64,000 nucleotides of DNA from an uncultured Planctomycetota bacterium (lineage in GTDB: Bacteria; Planctomycetota; Planctomycetia; Isosphaerales; Isosphaeraceae), in the NCBI GenBank assembly GCA_963823665.1, contig CAWGMQ010000007.1, forward strand, positions 1-64,000, in the 5' to 3' direction. Numbering within the stretch: position 1 is the first letter of the stretch; the number at the start of each line of letters is the position of its first letter. A model generated the notes under the pieces. The model was not told the origin of the DNA and searched no databases. It saw nothing but the letters and a program-made list of their open reading frames with translations. Of this stretch, positions 42,350 to 52,248 are shown in pieces. A program made the position numbers and the translations under genes.

Positions 42350-42625
42350 GGAAGGCCAAAACAACAAGGCCCAGCGGCAACGCCCTGCGTGTCCAATGCA
42401 ACGCACTGGGCGTCCAATCGCGCCCCTCGCCCCGACTCCGGTGTCGGTGGTCGAGATTCACCTATTTATAATATGGATCAACTTTCGCGATTCGGCCATT
42501 TAAGCGGCCAGAAAATCTAGACTTTTTATTCCGATCGCAACGAATCCAGCGATCAATGCAATCGCGACCCCCGAATCGAAAGCCAACGCGCGTTCTCAAT
42601 TTCGTCGCACCACCCGCCACCCGCA
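42350..42625 (+). repeat. ~280-bp diverged repeat, copy A (REP-like head)
   Basis: Shares AAGGCCAAAA..CCCAG.GGCA.CGCC, GCCCCTCG..CCGACTCCGGTGTCGG..TCGAGATT and TCGCGATTCGGCCATTT blocks, in the same order, with 61908-62210. Confidence 0.75.
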
Positions 42626-42708
42626 AGTAGGCTAAGTCGGCGCCATGCACTCAAGGCGCTGACGCGTGCCAACGCCCCCCGCCACGCCGCCACGAGTGAG
42701 GCCATCCA

Positions 42709-42930
42709 GTGAAACCTCTGCTCAACGCGCCGGCCGAGAACATTGTCGGCATTCGCTCGAGCCGAATGGGGACCGAGGCCGCGAAGCTGATCTACCGGCT
42801 GCGAGGCCAAACGGCGGAGTGGGTCAACGCCCAGGCCCGCAACCGGGGATTCTGGTTTATGCCCGTGCGCGGTCAAGCGCGTTGTCGCACCGTCGCATTG
42901 CTGTTTGCGACTACTCATAACCTGGTTGTC
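42709..42930 (+). pseudogene. C-terminal remnant of an IS1182-like transposase
   Basis: RMGTEAAKLIYRLRGQTAEWVNAQARNRG..VRG..RCR.VALL.A..HNL. Confidence 0.7.
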
Positions 42931-42971
42931 GGAGAGAGACGGCCTCTCCGCGAAGGGATCCCCCCCATTCC

Positions 42972-45894
42972 TCACCGCCTCGCCGCCGGCTTCTCGATCA
43001 AGATGTCGCCCAGGTCCAGCGTTTCTCCGCTCTTCACTGTGAAGTCCCGGCGCAGCTTCGGTCCCTCGGCAGTGCCGGCCGTGGTCCGATCGGCGATGCG
43101 GTAAGACGCCCCGGGAATCAGGGCAGGCAATGTGATCCACCCCTCGGCATCTGTGGTTGGCGGTTTCGCATGGTTGATCGGATCAATTTGATTCAATGTC
43201 GCCTGGTCTGCAATAAGAGGATACTCCTTCTGAGCTCGCCCAACGCCAAGTGCGCCCGGCGTAACGACCATCAAGACCAGCCGCGTCGGGGTGAACCGAG
43301 CCAGCGGTTTTCCGCCCGGGTCAACGAGTCGCAGTCGAGCCGACCCGCACGGCTCAAGCCGGACGTTCACCTTCCCCGACGACGCCATCCTGCCAGAAAA
43401 AGACACCGTCGCGCCCAGCTTGCCTTTCGCATCGAGAAAGTACACAGGAACTTCGGCGTCTTGATCGAGACCATGGATCTCGAATCGCCCATTCCGCACG
43501 ACGGCGTGGTCTTCACCCTGCCAGGCTCGCCGTGGTGCTGCGCCGCTGTCCGTGGATGATGCGGCTGATGATCCAGGTCTCCTGTGGTGGCTGCCCGTCG
43601 GGCGCGATCAAGGTGCCGGTCACAGTTTCTCCTCGGCGCAATTCGACAGAAACGTCGATGTCCGACTGATCCCCCTTCGGCTCGCAGCGGACGAAGGCAT
43701 TCGAATAGAAAGGCAGTCCGCCCGGCTTGTCGTTGAAGAGAAGCTGATCCCCGATCGACACCAGCACGTAATCGTCGCCAGGTCCTCTGACGGCAAGATA
43801 GCCTGCTCGCGGCTCGGCCACGAGTTGATACGAACCATCCGCAGCCGTTTCAGCCTGGGTGCTCAAATTCGAGGAAACTGAACCTTGGACGGAGACGGAA
43901 TCGGAGCTCAAGAGCGCTCCCGCGAGCGGCTTGCCGGAGCCTCGCTCGGTCACCTTTCCATGGATCAACATGCCTCGTGACAAGACCAGGTCAACCGGAT
44001 GCTCGACTGCACCTCTCGGCCAGTCGAACGTCTTGATCACGCCCATGTAAGGCTGGCCTGCCGGAGGAGCTGCCATGACCCGAAACCGGTCTCCAGGCGA
44101 CGGATTTGCGCGAAACCGTCCCTCGTCATCAGCCTGGAAAGTTCTGCGAACTCCAAGTTGGCCCGCAAGTTCGGCCCCGACCGAGATCCAGGCATGAGGA
44201 ACAGGCTTGCCCGTGTCGGCATACGTGACGCGGCCGTTGATGATCGTGGCCGGTTGAAGGGCCAACGTGAATTGCTTCGCGTGCCCAAGATCGTCAGTCT
44301 CGATCGAGATATCCTGCTGGGCATACCGCGGATCAACAACGGTCAATGAGACCCGAAGGCCATGGCCAATGCCATGGACTGTAAACCGGCCGTCCACGTC
44401 AGTGCTCTTCGGCTTGGGCCAGCCGGGTAAGTCGCTTGCATCGGTCCTCCGGAAAGCGGGTCCCTCGAAACGTTCGCGAGAAGCGACTGGGTTCCGCTCC
44501 AGTATCTTTTGGATGGCATGGACCGCCACCGTCACGCCCTGCGCGGGTCGGCCTTGCAGGTCGAACAGACGCACCTCGATTGCCTGTTCGCGCCGAAGCG
44601 AAATATCCGCTGAGGGCTGTTCGGCGTCGACATCGAGCGCAACCCAGCCGGCACCGAATCCCGGCGCAAATGCGATCGCGCCAAAACCATCATTTCGGGA
44701 TGACGACGTGCGTGCCGCATCCAGGCGAAACTTGCCCGATCCATCGCTTTGGGCATGTCCGATCGAAACCGGGTCGAGCGCGCGCATGTCGTAGGCATGT
44801 CCAGGCAACGGTACTCGCGCGTAGGCCATCACCGTCGCGCCGGCCACCGGTTTGCCTTCCGGGTCGAGCACCCGGCCGACGATGAACATCCGGCCGCGGG
44901 CTGGCGGCTGTTGCGTGTTCTCCGGCTCCGCTGCGAGTCGCTGCTCAGGCTTGGCTGTGGCGCTCTTCGGCTCTTGCTGCAGCGCCGGGGAGTGCATCGC
45001 GTAAGCCGCGCCTGCGGCGCCCAGGAACGCCAGGGCCACCACGAGCAGGATCACCCTGCGGGTAAACATGGAACTCAGGATTTCGCGAGAGAGCGCTGCC
45101 ACGGACGCCGAAACCAACTGGCCGCCGGCCTGACCGGCCGCGAACTCGACGCTTGCTCTGGCTGTCGTCTCGCACAGCGCCGATGAGACGTGGGCCGAGG
45201 CACTGCGCGACGTGATGGCGACGGTCACAGCCGTCGTCGACAGTGCAAATCCACGCCGCGTAAGCGCACGGCGGAGCTTATCGCGCGCACGCGCCAGCCG
45301 GCTGCGTGCGGTACCCCGCGGCCAGCCGAGCGTTTGCGCCGCCTCGTCGAGCGTCAGCCCTTCGAAGTAACAGAGCACCACGGGCAGCCGAAACGCTTTG
45401 GGCAGCCTGCTAATCTCTTCATGTATGGCCCCGAGCTCGTCGCTGCTCATCGTTAATTCGTGAGTCGGTAACATCGTCGGCTCCACAGAAGCGTTCGAGC
45501 CGATACCCGAATGCCCCACGACGGCGTTGCCTTCCTTATTGCGCTGGCGCATCAGCCGCGATCTCGTTCTCAGAGCCGTGCGGACGGCCACACCAAAGAG
45601 CCAGTTGCCCAGGAGACCGGGATCACGGATGGACTTTGCCTTGCACGCAAGCACAAGAAACACCGCCTGGAATGCGTCCTCGCCATGGTGGACGTCGCGC
45701 ACGAGATCCCGGCACACACGCATCACCATCGGCCCGTGTCGGGCAACAAGTGCACCGAAGGCCGCCTCGGCAGCAGAATCGCGGTTTGCCGCGAACCGCT
45801 CCAGAAGCTGGCGGTCGGATAGCCCGGCAGCCGAGCCGCCGTCGAAGAGCACTTCGATCTGCCGGACGACGGATTTTGTCGAAGCATGTCCCAC
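42972..45894 (-). CDS. second ECF sigma-70 factor with long C-terminal extension (frameshift ~43510)
   Basis: GLSDRQLLERF, AFGALVARHGPMVMRVCR, EDAFQAVFLVLA, LPKAFRLPVVLCYFEGLT, TM helix, GRVLDPEGKPV repeats, C-terminal ETLDLGDI. Confidence 0.88.
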
Positions 45895-46136
45895 GCGATT
45901 TCGCTCCCGCGCTAGCCGGAGGAACAATTTGGCGGTAGCGCGCCGATCTCTGCGGCCCGCTTTCTATTACTGTCAACCCGCCGGTTATGTTATCCCAAGT
46001 CGTGCCAGAAGGCTCGCGGAATCGGCGCACGCACGGATTCCACGCCAAGTTGCGACGATCAGAACCGCGCACGCGCTCCGACATTGCACTCATGTCACAT
46101 CCTCGAATATTCTCTCTGTATTCGGAGACCATCGCC

Positions 46137-46630
46137 GTGGACATCACCTGCCCGCTCTGCAGCCACCACTGCCGGACTGACCGCGTTCTCGGCAAGGGTG
46201 CGCTCGTCCGCTGCCCCGCCTGCCGGCGTGAGTTTGCGTTCGCCGGCAGGCAGCCGGCCTTCGTCGTCGCCCCCGGTGCAGCGTCGCCACCGGCGTTCTA
46301 CGAGGCTGGGACCAAGCCCTGCCCGTTCTGCCACGAGTCGATCAAGGCCGAGGCCAAGAAATGCCGTTACTGCGGCGAAACGCTCGACCCCGTCCTGCGC
46401 ACAGTGAAGAAGCCACCCGCACCGAAGTCCAGCCGCTCGCCCCGGAGTTCAACCCGGGAATCGCGATGGTCCTCAGCTTCCTGTGGCCCGGCCTCGGCCA
46501 GATTTACCGCGGCAGGCTCCTTCGCGGCCTCCTCTGGATGGTCGCAGTCGCAATCGGTTACGTCTGTTTCATCATCCCGGGCATGGTCTTGCATCTTCTC
46601 TGCATCATTCTCGCCGGCAAGCGCGATTGA
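46137..46630 (+). CDS. small zinc-ribbon + TM protein (frameshift ~46430)
   Basis: CPLC, CPAC and KPCPFCHESIKAEAKKCRYCGE, then NPGIAMVLSFLWPGLGQIY (TM2-like). Confidence 0.7.
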
Positions 46631-46783
46631 CCAAATACTGGCCGTCGCCAAACGAATCCTCCCTCTGAAGGACCGCCACGCGCACCCCGATTCCACGCGC
46701 ACCGTCGCGATTCCGGACCAATTCCGTTGACGTCGCTCGCGCTCCTGCATATCAATTCCTATCGGCCTGAAAAAAAACCAAGG

Positions 46784-49618
46784 ATGTCCCGTAGGCTTGA
46801 AGGCAGATTGATGATTCAGGAACCCGTCCCCGGTGAGGTGAAGGAGCTGCTGGAACGCCAGCAGCTCAATGGCATTCCGGTGCTTCTCTCGACGACCAGC
46901 GACCTTTCGTTGAAGGGCGATTTGCGCGGGCACTGGATCGTCGTCACTCGCGACCACCTTGCCGTCGTCGCCGATGGCGCCCAGCCGCGCCTGGTCAATC
47001 ATCTGCCGATCTCCCGCGTCGAGAAGTTCCGAACCCAAGGCGCGGTCGGTTCCGGGTTCCTCCAGGCCTACGTCGAGGAAGCCTGGGTCGACGTCGCACG
47101 CTACTCGAACACGCTCGCTCCTCGCTTTCACCTTCTCGCCGACAAGCTCGAAGACCTGCGAACCGGCGGCGAGGTGATCGTTCATCCCGAGGAACAACGC
47201 GACAAGAACCACTGCCCGAAATGCGGCATGCGACTGGCCACCGCCGGCGAGTCGTGCCCGCGCTGCCTGCCGCGAAAGGCGATCGTCACGCGGCTCTGGC
47301 AGCTCTTGAAGCCCCAGTGGCCAACCGCGGCGGCCATGTGCGGGCTGATGCTCGTCGGCGTCGCCATGGAGCTCGCGCCTCCCAAGCTCCAGCAATACCT
47401 GGTCGACGAGATCCTCGCCCGCGGCGAAGCCACGCCAAACGCACAGACCCTGCTGGCCTCCCTCTCGCTCGTCGTGCTGGCGCTCGCCACCACACGAGTT
47501 CTCCTGGGAGTTGTGAACTGGGTGAAGGGCGTCATGGCTAACAAGGTCGGGGTCGAGCTCACATCCGAGCTGCGCCTCCAGCTCGTGCGCAAACTGCACG
47601 CTCTGGGCGTCGGTTACTACGACCGCCACCAGGTCGGCTCGCTCGTGAGCAGAGTCGCCTATGACAGCGAAGTTCTCCACACCCTGCTGCAGCAGATCAC
47701 GGGCGGGTTCCTCCTCCAGCTCGTGCAGGTCGTCGCCGTCGGCATCATGCTCTTCACACTCAATCCCAAGCTGGCGCTTTACGTCCTGATTCCAACACCC
47801 TTGGTCGTCGGCGGAAGTATCTTTTTCTGGAAACGCGTGTATCCCAACTATTACCGCTACTGGGATTCCAGCAGCAAGCAGGCCGGCACGTTGTCGGGCA
47901 TGCTGCTGGGAATCCGCGTCGTGAAGGCGTTTGCCCAGGAACCACGCGAGTTCGACCGCTTCAGGCGCTCGAGCGACTACCTGAGGCGATCCCGCCAGAC
48001 CGTCGAAAAGGCGAACGCGTCGTTCACCTCGATCATGGCGCTGATTTTCAGCCTGGGTGGCTTGATCGTCTGGTACGCCGGCGGACGCGAGGTGCTCGGC
48101 GGCAGGATGACGCTCGGCTCGCTCATGGCGTTTCTCGCCTACCTCACCCTGTTCTACGCTCCCCTGACCACGCTCTCGACGTTGACAACCTGGCTCACCA
48201 GCTTCATGACAGGTTGTTCCCGGGTTTTCGAGCTGCTGGACACGCCAACCGAGACCAACGACCCCGTACAGCCCGTCCCGATGCCCGGGGCCAGGGGAGA
48301 GATCCGCTTCGACGACGTGACCTTCGGCTACGAACGTCATCGGCCAGTCTTGAACGACGTGAGCTTCACGATCCGTCCCGGCGAGAGGATCGGCATCGTC
48401 GGCCGCAGCGGCAGCGGCAAGACCACGCTCGTCAATTTGATCAGCCGCTTCTACGACGTCAATTCCGGCCGCGTGCTGCTGGACGGCGTCGACGTACGCG
48501 AGATGTCCGCAAGCGACCTCCGCCGCCACGTCGGCGTGGTGCTTCAGGAGCCGTTCCTGTTCCGCGGTACGATCTGCGACAACCTCATCTACGGCCGGCC
48601 CGAATCGAACGCCGTTGATGCGATCGCGACCGCCCGCGCAGCACAGGCGCACGATTTCATCGTGCACAAGCCACTGGGCTACGACACCTGGCTCGGCGAG
48701 CGCGGGGCAGGGCTCTCCGGCGGCGAAAAACAGCGAGTCTCGATCGCGCGTGCCCTCTTGTATGATCCCCGTGTGTTGATTCTGGACGAAGCCACCAGCA
48801 GCATCGACACCGAGTCGGAGAAGGCGATCCAGCAGGCGCTTCGCGTGTTGACGCGCGGCCGTACAACGCTGGCAATCGCCCATCGATTGAGCACGCTCTG
48901 CGACTCGGATCGCATCCTGGTTTTCGACGACGGCCGCTTGATCGAGCAGGGCAGCCATGGCGAGCTGCTCGCGCTCGACGGCAGGTACGCCGCGCTCGTC
49001 AAAGCACAAACCCAGATCGCGCGAAACTCGCAATTCGAGGCCGCGCTCAAGACCCTGGGCGACACTCTGCCCGATGAGTCCGAAAAGCCGGACGATCTGG
49101 ACGACGCTGATTTCGCTCCGCAATGGATCGAGCCCAACGAGGTCGACTTTCGCGCAGGCCCGTTTGACTCGCTCGAAATGGTTCATCCCGATGGCCGCGT
49201 GATCCGGAGTGTGTTCGCAATCCAGTGCCTGCCCGCCACCAGCCCGGACGACTTCATCAGCGTGCGCACCTGGGACAAAGACGGACAGGAGAGTGAGCTG
49301 GGCATACTGCGGAATCTCAATTCCTGGTCTCCCCGCAACCAGAAGCTCGTGCGCGAGGCACTCGCTCGCCGGTACTTCCTGCGCCGGATCACGGGTATTG
49401 ATTCCATCAACCTCGATTGTGGATACCTGGTCTTCCACGTGCGCACCGATCATGGCCCGGCAGAGTTCACGATGCGCTGGACTCAGAGCCAGGTGCAAGA
49501 CTTCGGCCCACGCGGCAAGGTCCTTCTCGACGTGGAAGACAACCGTTTCCTCGTGAGCGACGTCGAAGAATTGCCACACCGCGAGCGCGACGTATTCCAG
49601 CGCTACGTCTATTGGTGA
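46784..49618 (+). CDS. ABC transporter (TMD+NBD) fused to a C-terminal DUF1854-like domain
   Basis: TM helices, Walker A GRSGSGKT, LSGGEKQR, ILDEATS, IAHRLST. C-terminal PDDFISVR..ELG..LARRYF..TDHG..F..LLDVEDNRF resembles DUF1854. Confidence 0.88.
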   Translation: MSRRLEGRLMIQEPVPGEVKELLERQQLNGIPVLLSTTSDLSLKGDLRGHWIVVTRDHLAVVADGAQPRLVNHLPISRVEKFRTQGAVGSGFLQAYVEEAWVDVARYSNTLAPRFHLLADKLEDLRTGGEVIVHPEEQRDKNHCPKCGMRLATAGESCPRCLPRKAIVTRLWQLLKPQWPTAAAMCGLMLVGVAMELAPPKLQQYLVDEILARGEATPNAQTLLASLSLVVLALATTRVLLGVVNWVKGVMANKVGVELTSELRLQLVRKLHALGVGYYDRHQVGSLVSRVAYDSEVLHTLLQQITGGFLLQLVQVVAVGIMLFTLNPKLALYVLIPTPLVVGGSIFFWKRVYPNYYRYWDSSSKQAGTLSGMLLGIRVVKAFAQEPREFDRFRRSSDYLRRSRQTVEKANASFTSIMALIFSLGGLIVWYAGGREVLGGRMTLGSLMAFLAYLTLFYAPLTTLSTLTTWLTSFMTGCSRVFELLDTPTETNDPVQPVPMPGARGEIRFDDVTFGYERHRPVLNDVSFTIRPGERIGIVGRSGSGKTTLVNLISRFYDVNSGRVLLDGVDVREMSASDLRRHVGVVLQEPFLFRGTICDNLIYGRPESNAVDAIATARAAQAHDFIVHKPLGYDTWLGERGAGLSGGEKQRVSIARALLYDPRVLILDEATSSIDTESEKAIQQALRVLTRGRTTLAIAHRLSTLCDSDRILVFDDGRLIEQGSHGELLALDGRYAALVKAQTQIARNSQFEAALKTLGDTLPDESEKPDDLDDADFAPQWIEPNEVDFRAGPFDSLEMVHPDGRVIRSVFAIQCLPATSPDDFISVRTWDKDGQESELGILRNLNSWSPRNQKLVREALARRYFLRRITGIDSINLDCGYLVFHVRTDHGPAEFTMRWTQSQVQDFGPRGKVLLDVEDNRFLVSDVEELPHRERDVFQRYVYW

Positions 49619-49970
49619 ACGCCGTGGCCCCGCGAGACGGACGGCGAATGCCAGACCCGTATGCAACACGAATGCTTCCCCCCCGAGAGTGTCGTCATGC
49701 CGTCAGCGCCTTACTCGGATTCGACTTACGTTTGACGGCCCCTTTTTGGGCCGTCGCACGCAAATCGACACATCTCTTTTCGTTCGCGACGCTTACGCCC
49801 GATGGCGTTCTTGCCGAACCCCCGATTTTCCCCCTGTTCGCTCGTATTTCGTCAAATCCCAACCCTCCCGTCCGCCCTTGGTGGCCTTTCACTCCGCGAA
49901 AGTGCGTCCGGCATTCCAACCGCCGTTGTCGGGGAGGTCCCGCCGCGCGCGGCGGATGCTATGTCCAGTT

Positions 49971-50051
49971 GTCCACCCCGACCGACCACTTCGTTTTGTA
50001 AATTCGTCGCGCGTCCTTACCCCACAAGGATTACGGGAACGAGCTCGCTCG
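49971..50051 (+). repeat. dispersed hairpin element, copy 4
   Basis: GTCCACCCCGACCGACCACTTCGTTTTGTAAATTCGTCGCGCGTCCTTACCCCACAAGGATTACGGGAACG. Confidence 0.9.
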
Positions 50052-50772
50052 GTCGAGATCGCGGGACATAGGCCGAGCTCGACGCAGAAACCTCGCCCGC
50101 GAGCACGTCGCTTTGATCCAGAATCACCACGGTGCGCTCCACTGCGCACATCCGGGTCGGCCGCCCTCCGCAAGCGCACATGTGTAAGCGGTTTCGGTCG
50201 ATCCATCAGCTTCTTGCCCCTGGATCAGAATGATCACAAATGATACCAAAAACCTGAGAATTCTCGCCTTCCTCCCAGGTCTGAGTCCTTGAAGCGAGAC
50301 CCGCGCTCGACTGACGACACGGCAAAGCCGCCAAGGCGACGAAGTCGTCCTGTGCAATGCCCACGTCTGCCAGCGTTTCGGTTTTGGTTCTCAGGCTCGT
50401 ACCCATGGCCCCCTACAGCGTGGGGGACGTGCCAGCGCAGCCGGCGGTGGGGGGCGTTGCAGGCGAACGATAGCAAAGCCCTGACAGCGAGGCCTTACCG
50501 GCCACCCGCACCGATCACGGACCTTCCCCTACTAATAGCATGTGCGGGTTTTCGAAACTGGCCATTTCTCAATCGCACTTTCGATTTGCGTGAAAAGCGC
50601 AAGTTCAATAGAGATCGGTAATTAACTGCAGAAAAATCTCATTCTGATGAGCCGGTTCAATACGCTTTGAAAAGTGCCATCGGTTAGAGCATGACGACCG
50701 GCGGGTTGCACCCAACCTCAGTGCGTCGGTCATGGGAATCTTCTACATCCTGCCGATTCCGCTCGCCATGAT

Positions 50773-51393
50773 TCAAGGAATCTCCAGCTTCAGCTTAGGC
50801 GTACTGCTCTTGTCATTCTCACTCTTGCCCATGAAGGTGGCTGCAACGTTCGAATCACCGGGAACAATCACCACGCAGAGCCGCCCTTCCTTCGCGATGC
50901 GCTCGCGGCTGGTGTCATCCAGTTTCAACCGGAATTCTTGGATCTCACCGTTCTTCACCTTCTTGAACTTACCCGAGCCCAGGTCGAGCAGCTTCTTGAT
51001 CTGATTGCCGATACCATTGTCGGAGCTCGGATCAAACTTTAACTCGCTCGACGGGTCCAGCTCTGGCGCGAGCATGATCTTGACGTCCCCATCCTTCGCG
51101 AACGACGGAACGCTCTGCACGAGCGCGAGCGTGACGCTCTTGATCTTCGAGCCCTCGAGCTTTTTCGGCATGTCGAAGACCAGGACGCCAAAGCTCGCAA
51201 ACTTGCCGTTGTCTTTGCCCTCGATGTTGAAATACTTGGTGCCGGCGTCTCCCTCGCGCGGCCCATTCGGCTGGATCGTCAGGCATTTGGAAGCGTCCAC
51301 GGCCTCGCCGGCTTCGGCTTTACCAGCAACATTCTGGGCCTGCACCGCAGTCGCGAACGCGATGGCGATGAATAAACTCGTGAGTGGTTTCAT
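50773..51393 (-). CDS. exported hypothetical protein
   Basis: Signal peptide MKPLTSLFIAIAFATAVQA; TIQPNGPR..YFNIEG..NGKFASFGV. Confidence 0.7.
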   Translation of the reverse strand: MKPLTSLFIAIAFATAVQAQNVAGKAEAGEAVDASKCLTIQPNGPREGDAGTKYFNIEGKDNGKFASFGVLVFDMPKKLEGSKIKSVTLALVQSVPSFAKDGDVKIMLAPELDPSSELKFDPSSDNGIGNQIKKLLDLGSGKFKKVKNGEIQEFRLKLDDTSRERIAKEGRLCVVIVPGDSNVAATFMGKSENDKSSTPKLKLEIP

Positions 51394-51685
51394 ATTCGTC
51401 CGCATGTTCCAAAAGTGTGTCTTTCGAACCGACGTTCCCGCACGACCGCTGAGACCGAGCGATCGACTCACGTCAGCGGTCGACTGCCCCAAATTCCAGC
51501 AGGAAGAATTGGCCCGGTCAAGTCGCCACTCTCTTTGACCGGGATCGAGCCTCAGCGATCGATTTCCGTGGGTCCTTGAAATTCGCCACGTGTCCTCGCG
51601 CTCCGGAGCAGCGAGCGCACCTCGCCATCGTTCACGATCGTGCGCGACTTCGCGGTTCGTCGTTACCAGATCTCGCAGCAGACCC

Positions 51686-52108
51686 TCACGACCGCCTGAT
51701 GGTATCCGGCTGCCCGGCGGGGCCGAGCAAAGGCGGCGCACCCGGCTGTTGGCGCGGCAATGTCGTGGCCCGGCGGCGGATGTCCAGCTCGATCGAACCA
51801 AACGTCTGTTCGTGGCGCTGGATCGTCGTGCCGATTGCAGCCAGAAGCCGCTTGGTCGTGTAGAAGTTCATCACGATCCGGTGGTTCGCCTTGACGTGCT
51901 GACCGTCCGTCGCGAAGGGCTGCATGTTCAGACCGAAATCGAGGATCACTTCCTCGGGCGTGGCCGTCACGCGGCAGAAGTTCGAATAGGTCGATTGAGC
52001 CCCCGCGTCGTCCACCACGACCTCGTTCGCTGGCGCGACCTGGGGATTCTGACTCTGTTGAAGCTCAAGCTGCCCGGGCTTTTTGCTCGACTCTTCTTGC
52101 TTGCTCAT
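51686..52108 (-). CDS. DUF3467 family protein
   Basis: YSNFCRVTATPEEVILDFGLN...HRIVMNFYTTKRLL..RHEQTFG. Confidence 0.85.
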   Translation of the reverse strand: MSKQEESSKKPGQLELQQSQNPQVAPANEVVVDDAGAQSTYSNFCRVTATPEEVILDFGLNMQPFATDGQHVKANHRIVMNFYTTKRLLAAIGTTIQRHEQTFGSIELDIRRRATTLPRQQPGAPPLLGPAGQPDTIRRS

Positions 52109-52248
52109 TTCGGTCTCCCACCGCGACGACGAAGGATCATTGAACGTGTGCGATTTCTACAGATTGTATCAGAATTTATTCCAAACAACAAGCTTTGAAA
52201 TTAAGTAAGAGTTTATGGCGCCAACATACCCCCCGACCCCGCAACCTG

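Noticed and set aside
46367..49669. 1100-aa minus-strand ORF
   Set aside because: Antisense shadow of the ABC transporter in GC-rich DNA; no recognisable motifs.
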